The translations under genes and the position numbers were made by a program. Positions 1 through 12,334 of a stretch of DNA of 64,000 nucleotides are shown here, in pieces; the stretch's first letter is position 1; each line of letters opens with the position of its first letter. This DNA comes from Vairimorpha necatrix. Lineage: Eukaryota. The notes beneath the pieces are model-generated. The model had not been told where the DNA came from, searched no databases, and saw only the letters and a list, made by a program, of their open reading frames with translations. The DNA lies in the NCBI GenBank assembly GCA_036630325.1, contig CP142730.1:1116001-1180000 (forward strand), read 5' to 3'.

Positions 1-471
1 AATACTGCTTTTTCCTTGAGGTGATACAAGAAAATGTATAACCTGTTTCTATATGATCTCTAATCAATGGGTAGCATGTGATGTCACATTAGCTAAGCAA
101 AGGGATGGAGCACAGTATTAAGAATCACTCCATAAATGCCGTAACCTCTAGCGATTCTGAGTCACAATATTATATAATTTAGTTGGTTTCGGCTCATTCC
201 TATAAGAGATATTTGATCTTAACATAAACAAAGAAGAACACTATGAGTACCTTTTACAGTTTCACTAGGCTTTTCAAATTCCCAAAAATTAACGGATAAA
301 TTGTCTTCTGTCATTATTAATAATAAATCATCAAGTCCTTTTTTTATAACTTTTTTTTATTTTTCCCTTTTTTTGAATTTTTCAAAGCGAGTTTATTTTC
401 CCAAAGCGGGTTCATTTTCCCAAAGCGGGTTCATTTTCCCAATGCGGGTTCATTTTCCCAAAGCGGGTTCC
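1..471 (+). mobile_element. Right end of a degenerate Merlin/IS1595-like DNA transposon
   Basis: About 5 copies of a 19-bp unit (TTTTCCCAAAGCGGGTTCA) at 378-471 end in CC, i.e. a GG terminus on the minus strand. The upstream relic reads GMEHSIKNHSINAV, resembling the Merlin HxxVNHS motif. The left end is outside the window. Confidence 0.45.
378..471. repeat. 19-bp tandem repeat, about 5 copies
   Basis: CCAAAGCGGG recurs at 401 and 420, and the 19-nt period continues. Confidence 0.9.
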
Positions 472-1579
472 AAACGGTCATGTACCAAATTTTGTAATTT
501 TTCATATTAATTACTCTTAAATGTAATTCACATATAGTTCTAAAAAATGATTTAAAATTTTTGAAGTATACGGGTACATTACTAGACTAGCTTTAATTAT
601 AGTTGCATGTTTGTTAATATTTTACTATACTACAAATTTTATTTAAATACATCATTCGGCTTCTTGAATTGTCGTCGTGTATAAACATTCATTCAGCATA
701 ATTAGTACGCAACATCTATTTTTATTGATATGTTAGCGCGATTTTATGCTTATTGAATATAAATATATAATCACGCATTTTTATATTAGGATTTATATAT
801 GTTCGATTTATAAATGAGCATATTTATATAGAATTACAATATCAATTATTTAAATTAATATTTTTATGATAATGGTATTTCGGTGTACAATCTTTTCAAT
901 GCTTTTATTTTTTCTGCTTCCGTTTAATTACACCAACTATTATTGTAATATATTATATATTGTGATAAAAATGCTGACTTCGACAATAAAACATTTCCTT
1001 GTGACAAAATATATTTAATACATATAATCAAAGAATAAATTAATTATTTATATAAACCAAAGGAGCTTTGCGGAATGAACATAAAAATTATACCATGTGT
1101 TTGCTCTAAAAAATAAAGATTTGTTCAGCTAATTTTTATTCTCTGTACCCAATAAATTATGAATTAAAGTAAATACGTACTATAATATGAGATTTAAAAA
1201 CTTGTTCCAATTCAATTAAATAAAAAATATCAATTTGTTTTATTTTAAAATTCATCGAAATCATAAGCACAATTAAAAAAAAAAACAAAATGAAATTAGT
1301 AATTATTTGATTTTTTTCTTCATTATTACAATAAAAAAATTCCAGTCAGCGGTGACGTGTGTTGACAATTTACAAAAATCAATTTATCACAAAAAAATGT
1401 TCTTATTTTAAGATATATCATTAAATTTGCCCAAAATAATGGTTTGATAAAAAATTATTTTTTTCTAAACACTTTACGAGAGTTGTTTGGATTAAAAATT
1501 AACATAAAAAAGTTTTACAACAATGTAAAAAATGTTTTCTGATAAATTATATATAATAATAAAATTTTAGTACCCATAT

Positions 1580-2497
1580 ATGAAATTCGAGCAATGTTTT
1601 TCTGGGTTATTTTACTTATTTCTTGGTGTAAAAAATGCGAGTGATAGTATGTCCGATATTTTACATGACATGATTAATAGTAATTTGACAAAAGATCAAC
1701 TTTGTGATTCTTTAGATAATAAAGTTGGAGGAAATGGATTGTCATTATTAACTGTTCGAATATATAGTGAATTATTTTGGGAAACGATAACAAATCACAA
1801 AATTTTTAAGGATATGGTACAAAATGATGTCTCAATATATAGCTTTGTAAATCTACGCTATTTGTTAAAAGATGGATATGTAGAATTAATTAGACAGTTA
1901 TTTAGAATAATAAAATGGGATCCTTATTCATTAGACTTTCTTTCAATGTCAGAAAAAAAATTTATTTATGAACTAGTTGAGGGCACCTTGCATTATTATA
2001 ATGTTTTACGTTTGTGTTATAAAGATATAATTAATAATTCAAACTCTACTAAAGAAACTATTGAAAATATAATTACGGAAAATACTTGTTTTTTACCGAA
2101 AGATGCAAATGGACAGTTTTCTTCTTTTGTTTACAAGATGTGCGACGGACTTTACCCCTACTATATGTTGTGTTATCAAGATTTATGGATGAATTATACA
2201 TTAAACGATCTAAGAAATAATTTTAATTCACTATCAAAGTCCGAATGTACTGATAATGCGCTTGTTTTTAAGAATATAACTGATTATGTAAATAGTAAAA
2301 TGAATAATATAACGGAAGACCTTAAAATTCAACCATTGCATATGTACACAGAAGAGAATACTAGTTATAATGGTAAAGTTAGTTTAATCTTCTGTATAAT
2401 CATTATGTTTATGTTTTTAATCTTCTTTTATATGGTACACAGGTACTACAAGAAAAAGTACCAACGAAAATTAATAAATTTACAATTCACAACTTAA
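1580..2497 (+). CDS. Hypothetical type I membrane protein (signal peptide plus C-terminal TM helix)
   Basis: 305-aa ORF with a hydrophobic N-terminus, TM segment VSLIFCIIIMFMFLIFFYMV followed by a basic tail, and CCC before the ATG. Confidence 0.75.
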   Translation: MKFEQCFSGLFYLFLGVKNASDSMSDILHDMINSNLTKDQLCDSLDNKVGGNGLSLLTVRIYSELFWETITNHKIFKDMVQNDVSIYSFVNLRYLLKDGYVELIRQLFRIIKWDPYSLDFLSMSEKKFIYELVEGTLHYYNVLRLCYKDIINNSNSTKETIENIITENTCFLPKDANGQFSSFVYKMCDGLYPYYMLCYQDLWMNYTLNDLRNNFNSLSKSECTDNALVFKNITDYVNSKMNNITEDLKIQPLHMYTEENTSYNGKVSLIFCIIIMFMFLIFFYMVHRYYKKKYQRKLINLQFTT

Positions 2498-3939
2498 TCA
2501 AAACAAAGACAAACTATTGTTTAACAAACATAAAAAAAAGTATAAATGATTTTGTTTGTAAAACTTCTATCCTTATAATCGATAGTTATAAGTGTAGCGT
2601 ATGAAAAAAGTGACATATTGTCTATATTCAGCCCTCTCCTTAAGTTATTAATTGTATATGTTGTAATTACATTAAAGTTTTTATTTATTTGTTTTGCAAA
2701 ACATTAGTATTTAATTTGGCAATGTATAAAATATTTTCTAGATTTTTATAGCCATCATTATTAAATCAAAATAAACGTTATATATGTTTGTCTATATTTC
2801 ATAAAAGTATTTAAAAAAAATTTATTAATTATTTAAATCTCATTCTAGTCGTATAAAAGTCTTATTTTTAATATAAATTTGGAGCAGCTAAATATTTTAT
2901 AATTAATTGAACATTCGTTTTGATATATCCAAATATGTAAAAGCATATTGAAATATTAATGGAAAAAAATATGAATAATGTTAAGTGGATTGTATATTAA
3001 AAAAGTAACAAACATATGTTAAAATATCTATAGATTCTTTAATTTTAAGGAACAACAAACATGAGTATATAAACTTTTTTTTTATATTAGTATATACAAC
3101 GATATGCATGTTTTCTAGTATGTCATACTCCTATTTTAAAAATATATTAATATTTTTTTCATTTGTATCCTTTTATATTGTAATTTTTAATTGCTGAGGG
3201 ATTTTTATTTTGTTTTTTATTAACATTAGAAGTTTTGGATTTCATACTCTAAAAATTGATAAAAAATCATTAATCGCAGTTTCAATGTGCTTTTTACAAT
3301 TTTTTATTGCAATACTTAATTTGTAAATAAAAAATCAAATTTTTTATGTACCTATATAATTTTTCAATGGATTTATATTATTTTTTTAAATTTTATGTAG
3401 ATAAGTTACTATTGGACACTATGGAATGTTCAAATAGTTTCATTTAACTAATAATTAACGTGTTTAATTGCATATCGAAAATTTGTTAATTGATAAATTC
3501 TAATGGATTAAAGATATAAATTTTGCAAATCACAATTTTACAAAAAAAAAGCTTCTTAAATATTTGATTGGTAGTTAATTTGCCAAATATTTTGCTAGAT
3601 TGTGCAAATCAAAGAGTTGATAATTACAGACCTTTTTTATAATTTTTTTTTTATTTCGGTATTACTTTCTATTTGACTAATATTTATATTAATTTGTTTA
3701 TTTGTTGATTTTCTCGGCAACACATATAGTTAAATTTTGTAAATATACAAGAGGTGTTACTTTTCATCAAAATGAAAATAAATTATTTGCATGTCTTGAC
3801 TATTTTTTATAAATACCAATTACACGTGCTAATTTTTCATAAGTTTCTTTTCAAAAAATAATTAGTCCGATTCGAAAATGTTATTAAAAAAAGGTCATTC
3901 GTTATTAAATAAATAAAAAAAAAGAATGGAATAAAATTA

Positions 3940-4542
3940 ATGGACAAAAAAGAATCAACTTCTAAGAAATCTGAATCATCTAAAGGCTCAACATCTAAAG
4001 AATCAGCTTCGAAGAAATCTGGATCATCATTGGGCTCAACATCTAAACATTCTGTGTCATCGAAAGGGGTAACATCAAAGAAGTCTGTATCTTCTGAGTT
4101 TAAAGATGGTAGTTCCTTAGATGTTGGGGTAGGATCTGCTGCTTTCTCTAGTACGGCTTACGACACTACAGATATCACAGAACCATTAAAAGAAACAAAT
4201 TCTTCAAGTTTTTCTGACGTTGAAGGCACAAATGCTCTTACCAACACTTATGTAATAAGAGACAAATTTGATAATCCTGTTCGAGAACTAGCTTTCCAGG
4301 AAAAATTCGGGTTACCTGTTGATTTCACGGCCCAAGATGTTCGCCTCTATGTTTTTAGTGATGGGTTTACTGTTTGTTGTGCTAACCAAGAACCAGAAAG
4401 TTCAAATATACAGACAAATTCTTTTCATCAACTGAAATATACGAGGATGTTTGATCGACCTATAAGAGAAGTTTATATGGAAGTTGTGGAAGGAACCGTA
4501 CTTGTAGTTGGGGAATTTGCAGATTATGATTATCCACAATAA
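3940..4542 (+). CDS. Ser/Lys-rich protein with a C-terminal HSP20/alpha-crystallin-like domain
   Basis: N-terminal S/K repeats. The C-terminus (FQEKFGLPVDFTAQDVRL...TRMFDRPIREVYMEVVEGTVLVVGEF) aligns by eye with the 9388..9717 protein. Confidence 0.55.
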   Translation: MDKKESTSKKSESSKGSTSKESASKKSGSSLGSTSKHSVSSKGVTSKKSVSSEFKDGSSLDVGVGSAAFSSTAYDTTDITEPLKETNSSSFSDVEGTNALTNTYVIRDKFDNPVRELAFQEKFGLPVDFTAQDVRLYVFSDGFTVCCANQEPESSNIQTNSFHQLKYTRMFDRPIREVYMEVVEGTVLVVGEFADYDYPQ

Positions 4543-4661
4543 AGTATATTTCATTTACATATGTATTTAGAAATAATGAATTTTCTATTTAAAGCAACGT
4601 TTTTGAAATAAAAATCCTCTTTTATATACGTAATTGAAAATTAGTCAAGGTATGAGTGTCT

Positions 4662-4904
4662 GTTTTTGCAATTAAATTTATATTTGTGCATTGATAAATG
4701 CAGCAAATATCTCGAGGGAATAAATGATAGGAGTAAATAACGTTTAATCGTAAATTTATCATAGGGGGTTATATTTCAGACTTTGTTTGTGCAATAAATC
4801 AATGTTCGAAGACAATATATATATGCTCATGTAGATTTTTGATCTTTTTAAAAATTAAATAAGTTTTTACAAAGATATTTATTTTGCCCACGGGCATAAA
4901 CTAG
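4662..4904 (+). mobile_element. Degenerate Helitron 3' remnant
   Basis: GC hairpin TTTTGCCCACGGGCATAA is followed by CTAG|T at 4901-4905. Upstream decayed codons resemble the Pif1-type helicase C-terminus (FAIKFIF..SRG ~ FPIKLAF..KSQG; GLYF; QYIYA ~ GQLYVA; YKDI). Confidence 0.45.
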
Positions 4905-6512
4905 TCTTCCAATATATATATTTCCAAAAAAATATCATTTGTTGCAATATGTTTTTTGTTGTTTTGATCACTTCTTATGAGTTAAATGAAAAATCTTATT
5001 GAAAATGAAGTACAACACTTAATTTCAAGTAAACTTCTGTTCAATAAACCACTCCGATGAGATCGTAGTAGAGATTAAATCAAGACTAATCGGATTTTTA
5101 ATCATAATTTTGTCTGTAAACACTATGTATAATGGATGTTCTCTTTTAAAGACGTTTAAGAATGTATCTCCTAGTTCAATTGGTATTACATTTAATACGT
5201 ACTTTATACGTGACTTTTGATTTGTGCATTTCTTTGTTATGTCTCAATTGATGTATCGATTAAAGTCTTTTTCAATTGATAATTAAACTAGGAGGTTGTA
5301 TTTTGGCAGTGCATATACGATATTTGTGATAATGTACATGAGTATTGTATTAATACATCCCAAAATTCATATATATTACTTTATATTCTAAAAGAATTTT
5401 CAAATAGAGGAATCTAAGATTATCTCGTCAAAATTGATTTTACTTTGTATCATTTTACAATAATGACGTAATCAACTTCTTAATCGTTTCCTACTATTTA
5501 TTTGCGACTCTAGCTTGTATTTGTAGCAAATATTACTATTTATTGATTTTCTGCTAATCAAAACATGAGTTTCCCTTAAATAATATATAATAACACTGTT
5601 GTTTTAGTCGATCATCATATTCAAATTTCACAGCAGCAGAATCTTCAGGCATACATTACTTGGTTCGTATTATTATTTGTATTAAACAGACGACAAAGAA
5701 GTAATTGGTACGGCGGCATGGCAGAATAAGTTTACACTAACAAATTTTTTCCGACGTTGTTTTTTAGCCTAAAATAATTTCTTATCAAGACGTAGCAATC
5801 TCATATATGGACTCATTTTGCATCTAATATGTTTATATGTGCTTATTTGTATTCAGTGAAAGGTTTTCAGTACAATTTACAATATTTATATTAATTTTTT
5901 AACAATTACATCATCGAGCTTAGTATTTTAGTTACTTGTCATAGTTATGACACAATATTTTACGCATCAAAGTTTAAAATAAATGATTACTATGCATTAT
6001 TCATTTATTTCTGTTGAGAGTTTACATATTGCAAAGAAACTATTAGATTTTATAATGTACAAGAGCGTGGTCTATTTTATTTTTTTTGTGTTATATTTTT
6101 TCTTGTGTCCAAAGAATTATCTTTTTGCCTTTTCGCCTCTGATTATCCTGCTTATAATATCGTCAAAAACGTTTTTTACAACATTTGATTGGGTAAATTT
6201 TTAATTAATCATAAGTTTCTTTTATCAATGGTCAATTTTTTTTCCAGTAATTTTATTCATAAATATTTACTAAAAATTCATTTTAGCAACTTTTTCTTTA
6301 CCATTTTTAATCATAAATTTTTTGATATTTACCTATTTGGGATTTTTTTCTCCTTTATTAAAAATAATTTTTACTATTAATTTTTAACAAATTAAATTTG
6401 CAAATTTTTTTCAAAATAGAAAACAGGTTTTATGTACAACACTAATCGTAGTTTGTATATTTTTTTTTTAATTGGTTTTTTTTGTTATTTATACTCTGTT
6501 TGTTTTACCCCC

Positions 6513-7427
6513 ATGTCAAGTTTTGATGATGCACAGTCTGCTACAGAGCATTTTATATATAATGCAGACAATTATAATAGGAGAGAATATCATTCTCCTC
6601 CTCCCAGATATATTTTTATTCAAACTGAACCCACTATAATAGATTTTATTCCGTTTATATTTTCAATGTTAATATACGCCTTAGTGGTTCAGACGGGCTG
6701 CGTTATAGTTAAGAAATGCAGTACTAGGTTTTATAATATCTTAGTATTCTTGACTTTAATGCTCGCTCCACCTTTTATTTTATTATATACTGGTTTTCTT
6801 ATGTTTCCATTTTTATGGGCTTTATTCGTCCTACCTATGTCGGTATTATACTATAAAATTAATAAGAAACCTCTACACAAGAACATGCCTAGAATGATTT
6901 TTAATATATTTAAAAATTTATTTTTTATAACTAATATAGGTATATGTGCACTACAATCTTTTACTATACTAAGTTTCTTCTTTTTTTCATCCTATATTGT
7001 TTCTTCTTTCTTGTCTCTTCTTACAATAGTCTATTTCGCTCTTTTAAGTAGAGAATTGGTCTTCCTTTTTAGTGAGACTATGGCTTCTAATACTGGTTTT
7101 TACAGTAGAGAAGGTATTCCTCAGAGGAATAATAATGAGTCTCTTTGTATGATTTGTACTAAAGTATTTGACAATAGTGAGCCTATTCATACGTTGATTT
7201 GTAATCATAATTTCCATGAGACATGTATCAAAGGATGGACTATGATAGCCAAGAAGAAGAGTTGCCCGTATTGTAAGAAAGGTGTCGATTTAGATACATT
7301 TAGTAAGGATATTTGGTATCAAAGCGAGATATGGTTTTATCCTTTGATTGAAGCATTGAGGAGTGGAATAGTGTTTGTTTTTATACTGATAGTTATAATA
7401 TTTTATAGACTAATAAAATCGAAATAA
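6513..7427 (+). CDS. Transmembrane RING-H2 E3 ubiquitin ligase (RNF121/RNF175-like)
   Basis: Multiple TM helices, then CxxC...CNHNFHETC..W...CPYC. Start moved to the ATG at 6513, which follows CCCCC (ORF track starts at 6432). Confidence 0.85.
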   Translation: MSSFDDAQSATEHFIYNADNYNRREYHSPPPRYIFIQTEPTIIDFIPFIFSMLIYALVVQTGCVIVKKCSTRFYNILVFLTLMLAPPFILLYTGFLMFPFLWALFVLPMSVLYYKINKKPLHKNMPRMIFNIFKNLFFITNIGICALQSFTILSFFFFSSYIVSSFLSLLTIVYFALLSRELVFLFSETMASNTGFYSREGIPQRNNNESLCMICTKVFDNSEPIHTLICNHNFHETCIKGWTMIAKKKSCPYCKKGVDLDTFSKDIWYQSEIWFYPLIEALRSGIVFVFILIVIIFYRLIKSK

Positions 7428-7591
7428 ATCATTCAAAAACATATAAAAGAGATATATATACATTATAGTAGTATTTTACCACTAGACATATTTGATCTAA
7501 TATAATTTATACTAATCTAGTTTATAATACATGTTTATGATTTATCTATTTTATAATGAATTTATCTAGTTATTAGTCTATTATTTATATT

Positions 7592-7900
7592 TCATTTAAA
7601 TAAGTCCCATTCATTCTTATTTATGTCTAAATCTTGCAAATATTTGAAGAACCTCTCAAAATAAACTTCTTTACATTCCAGCAAAATCTTGAGGAATTCT
7701 TTGTTTTCTTTAAAGTTAAGATATAATTCCACAAATTTATCAAAACATTCATAATCCTTTACAATTATAATAAAATTCTTAAGATCTCTAAGATCATCGT
7801 GTTTATTAGTGTTATTAAGAAGTCCAAGGCGGACTTCGTCCATTCTAAGTAATATCTCAGATTTAGACAAGGAATTTTCTTGAAATAATTCGGTGCACAT
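7592..7900 (-). CDS. Hypothetical protein
   Basis: ORF 7592..7996. The likely start is MCTELF at 7900, preceded by CCCCCAAAA. Confidence 0.55.
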   Translation of the reverse strand: MCTELFQENSLSKSEILLRMDEVRLGLLNNTNKHDDLRDLKNFIIIVKDYECFDKFVELYLNFKENKEFLKILLECKEVYFERFFKYLQDLDINKNEWDLFK

Positions 7901-8290
7901 TTTTGGGGGTATTAAAATAACAAAAAAAGCCAAAAATAAGAAAAACCTAAATAAAAAATCAGAATACCGACTAAGAAGATATCTGGCGGGATACATGAAG
8001 AATTTAAAGCTTAATAAATGTATATTGTTGTAACAGTCGCTTTAGAACGCGACAAACAAATATTTGAAGATATTAGGCAAGTACTGACTGAATATTATCT
8101 AAACACAAATAGAAAGCATAAAGTGCCTATGTCTGTGAAAAGATGTTTTTTAAAATGTAGGTTTAATTCGTGAGCAGCCTATAATCCCGATTTAATTACC
8201 ATAAAATCATTAACACGGAATTCTAAATGGACTCAAAGGCAAATTTTACTCTAAAATTTAAAAGGGTCGATTTTTTTCTGTGCGCTTTTA

Positions 8291-9153
8291 GGAGCATTTT
8301 CACTTTATCCCCCCCCCCTTACCAATATAAATTAAGAATTTTTAAAAAATATCCCTTTTTTTCGAAATTCGAAGCGGAAAAAATGTGAAGGAGCAAAAGT
8401 CAAAAAAATAAAGTTGTAAAAAAATAGCATATTTACCAAAAATAAAACAATTGTTTTTTCGTTTTTTTTCAATTTTTTAAAAATTTCCTTCTTCCAATTA
8501 TTGATCAAGATTTATCTTTATTGTACATTGCAATGTATAACAACGAAATCTCTGTATAAACAATATTTATAAGGTTTATTTGCTGTTGTAAATGAATATT
8601 TTTCAAGAATTAAAGAATTTTCAAACATGTAATATTTTACTTTTGGAGCTAAAATATAACATATATTAATAAATTGACATTCTATACGATTCAATAGATC
8701 TTAAAAGAGCATAAATATAACATTATTTTTACTTTGTTTGTCTAGAAAAAACCAATAAAAACCTAAAAAACAAGACTAATAAATATACTACCAAACTAAG
8801 AATAACCAAACCTAGAATCTGTTTTAAACAACATAAAATGAAGTATAAACAAGTTTATCAATGGCAAAAATTAATTGCATGACAAAAGAAAGCAATAGGT
8901 TAAAACATATTTTTACAAATTTAGACTTCTATTTAACTCATAGTTTTTTAGAAAACATTATTAAATTGGTTTAAATAATATATTTTTCATAAACTATGTT
9001 TAAATTAGATATTTCTAAGACCTTTTTTTTACTTATGTAAATTTTTCTCTGTTCCTTTCCGCTCTGGACGCTTCGACTTTTAAAAAACAGGGCTAAAAAT
9101 AAAAAATTCTTAATTTATATTGGTAAGGGGGGGGGATAAAGTGAAAATTAGCC
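8291..9153. mobile_element. MITE (863 bp), Merlin-like
   Basis: About 50-bp TIRs (GGnnnATTTTCACTTTATCCCCCCCCCTTACCAATATAAATTAAGAATTTTT). Perfect 8-bp TSD CGCTTTTA at 8283-8290 and 9154-9161. No ORF. Confidence 0.9.
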
Positions 9154-9387
9154 CGCTTTTATGTTTAAATTAGAGGTCAATGCCTCTTTAACCGCCTTGT
9201 TTTGGGCGACCTCCCAGTACAAAATTACATAGTCAAAATATGCTATAGGAACTTTTTTATAGGCTGTCATTATGACGAAGTCTTAATTTAGTTTATTTAT
9301 AATAATAGTCCCGGGCTTACAATATAAATGAAAAAGTTGGTATAATGCCACGTCATAGATAAGATATATTAATAAAATCATAATGAT

Positions 9388-9717
9388 TTATTGAAATTTC
9401 CCTTCTACGTAAGGATGTCCTTTCTCTTCTTTAAGCTCCACATCTTTAACATTCTTCGTAAATTGTCTTTCATGCTCAACCCTGAAGCTGCACTTTTCCC
9501 CGGTCTCACAAGTCATACTTGAGTATCCATGAACTTTGTAACTATTTTTGCCCACTTCAAGTTTCAGATCTTCTTTCTTGAATCCTTTTGGTAGCATTTG
9601 GAATTCTTTAAAACATGTGTCAGTGCATGTATTACAAGATTTCAGGGATGTGGGACATGGTTCACATGTGCAACATTTGCAGTCATTGTTTTCTTGTTGA
9701 CTATAAGACATACTCAT
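9388..9717 (-). CDS. Small HSP20/alpha-crystallin-like protein with a Cys-rich N-terminus
   Basis: LPKGFKKEDLKLEV...YKVHG...ERQF resembles HSP20 LPGxxKEDIxVxV. N-terminus reads CKCCTCEPC...CNTC. Confidence 0.6.
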   Translation of the reverse strand: MSMSYSQQENNDCKCCTCEPCPTSLKSCNTCTDTCFKEFQMLPKGFKKEDLKLEVGKNSYKVHGYSSMTCETGEKCSFRVEHERQFTKNVKDVELKEEKGHPYVEGKFQ

Positions 9718-10480
9718 TAATTGTAAGATAAGACGAGCTTAAATATTTTTAATAGCCAATTAAAAGATTAAAAAGTTTTTTACTGTCAAGAATAGTATTT
9801 GATTGGTTGTTTAGTAGAATTTTGTGGTTTATTTTTGGTTTAGAATTTTAATTTGTTCATTGACAAAAATTTTATGTCTAAAAATAAAATTCAAGATTTC
9901 ATTTTCCAAGTTTTTATAGGATGAAATTGCAGGTCAAATTTATTGGCTAATTTTGACTTAAATTTCATTCGACATTTTAGTAAATTTTTGATTTGTCTAT
10001 GACATAAGTCTTTCAAATTTTAATGGCTGAATTTTAGCTTAATAAGGTATGCTGGTGTGTACCACAAGTTATCGGCTGTTAAAGTTTTTATTTGCTGGGT
10101 GCTTTTCTTCAATAACAATAAAAGTTTTTTAGTTAATTTTAGCTTAAATTTCATTTATGCATTTTTGATACATATTTATATAGTTAGTTTTTTTAATGTT
10201 TCTTTAAACATTAACTAAGTAGATTACTTTACTAAAATATGTCAAATCCTCCTTTTCTAAATTTTTGATTTGTTTTTTGATAAAAATTTTTGCGGTTGAT
10301 TTTTGTAAATTTTTTTATGGTTGATTTGTTTTTTGAGATGTTTGACATTTTGTAGATAATTTATCTACAAAAATATGACGCATAAACTTAAAATTTGCAT
10401 AAAATAAATATTTGTGTAAAATATAATTTTTAGTTAATATTTTATTAGTAAGATATTGTTAATATTTCTATTATTGTTTA

Positions 10481-11038
10481 TTATCTTCTCTCAAATATCT
10501 CATTTAATGAATCTCTCAGATTATCAGTCAAATTTTCTATATCTTCATTCTTAACACTCAGCTTATTCTCAAACATATAATTTATATCTTTAAGAAATGA
10601 ACTTTGTTCTCCATTTTGTTTTTTTAATCTGCATAAACAATCAAATAAATAAACAAGATTTTCTTGTTTCTTATCTTTTCTTCCTATACAATGTCTTATA
10701 TAATCAAATATATTTTTTAAAACTCTATCATAATCTTCAATAGCCTCTTTTAGATCATTTATCTCTAAGCCCATTCTGTACTCTTTTTTTTCTAAATCTT
10801 TTATGTGGCCTAATTTCTTCTCTCTGCTCTTTTTTGCTGCTAATCTGTTTTTTTCTTTTTTCCATATTATTTTTAATTGTTCTTCGTCAAGATACTCATT
10901 CATTCTAACCGGGTGCATATATTCATTGGGTATTGGATACCTACCATATCCTGGTTCTATGCGTTCTTGGTAATAATAATTGTTATCGTATTGGTCTGGG
11001 GCGTTAAACTTTTTATTGGTGTTTTGGTGCTCTTTCAT
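10481..11038 (-). CDS. bZIP transcription factor
   Basis: Basic region KKEKNRLAAKKSREKK followed by a heptad coiled coil. Confidence 0.9.
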   Translation of the reverse strand: MKEHQNTNKKFNAPDQYDNNYYYQERIEPGYGRYPIPNEYMHPVRMNEYLDEEQLKIIWKKEKNRLAAKKSREKKLGHIKDLEKKEYRMGLEINDLKEAIEDYDRVLKNIFDYIRHCIGRKDKKQENLVYLFDCLCRLKKQNGEQSSFLKDINYMFENKLSVKNEDIENLTDNLRDSLNEIFERR

Positions 11039-12334
11039 ATGGCTTACATCATTTTTTATTTAATATTTTGGATTTGGAATAGACCGGTCTATTGGTCCAT
11101 TTTTATAGATTTGTAATGTTGACACAAAAAAAAATAAAAAAAAACATTAAACAAGAATTTAAAAGACAAAAATTTAGACATTTATAATTTAAAAATCAAG
11201 AATTTCAACTAAGACAAATAATAATCATTAAGATTATACATTATTATTATTAAAATTATATTTAAATTCAATTTTTATGATGTTTATTTTTTATGCAATT
11301 TTTGATTTTTTTGTTTATGCATTTTACTTTGTTGGTTAACAAACAAATTGAAATTTAAAAATATAAATATGACGACATTCTGCATAAACAATGAGAAATA
11401 TTTTATATTTTACAAATTTCATGTCAAATATCATTATCTCTATGATTTGATCATGAAGTAATTTGATGACCGAATCATAATTAAGTATAAAGTGACTAGA
11501 AGTAAAGTACGATGAAATTTCTAGTTTACGCATTTATGATCAAAATATTGAATTATTTTATTTTGATTTATTAAATTGAAGAATTTATTTATGATTTAAA
11601 TATAGAGAAATTTACTAAGAGAAATATAATTATGACTTAATTCCAAAGAATGTTCTTTTAGAATAAATGAATATTTATTCTTAATTAAGAGACAGTTGGT
11701 GGTCTATAAATTGAATTATGATTCATTATGAAATGTATTTAATAATGAATCATTAAGACTTTAATGATGATATAAAGAGGCACTATTCATATAGAGCCTC
11801 TTTATGTTCCAGACTGAGTTTATTTTATCCTCTGGGCTTTGGAGTTATGATGTCATCATTTCCTGACATTTGACACTTTGAAAATATTTAAGAGAGCTTC
11901 CAAAGAAACCTCAGAATGATAAAAATTATTTAAAATGTACAGAATAATATAATTATACAAGATAAGTTAATATTCATTATAGATGGAATATTCTAATAAA
12001 CATAAAGGTTTTATTTATAATAAGAAACATAGCATAAGAACAATAAGATCATGTCGGCTAGAAATATTGTAAGATGTGCATAAAAGAGTAGCAAGACAAG
12101 ATTTATGTCGGTAACAAATATAATAAGATAGCTTAAAATTTAAATAAGACACAATAGAAATACATACATAAAATTTTAAAGACAAATATATAGAAATTTA
12201 TAATTGGCACTTTTATTTATGAAGGCGTAAATGTTAAGTTGATTTATAAATTTGACTGGTCCCTACAAATCCCAAGTGTCCAATAAGATATTATTTCTTT
12301 TTTTTCTGATTAAATATCTTGGGCTTCTTATTTT

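Noticed and set aside
378-471. CRISPR array
   Set aside because: The repeats are contiguous with no spacers, the context is eukaryotic and there are no cas genes.
5983-6380. Short F/I/L-rich ORFs in AT-rich intergenic DNA (also 301, 11336, 20647, 42867, 43765, 57936, 62271)
   Set aside because: Their composition reflects T/A runs; they have no motifs and no CCC start context.
11773-11802. Hairpin AAAGAGGC...GCCTCTTT
   Set aside because: An isolated short stem with no family features; plausible by chance.
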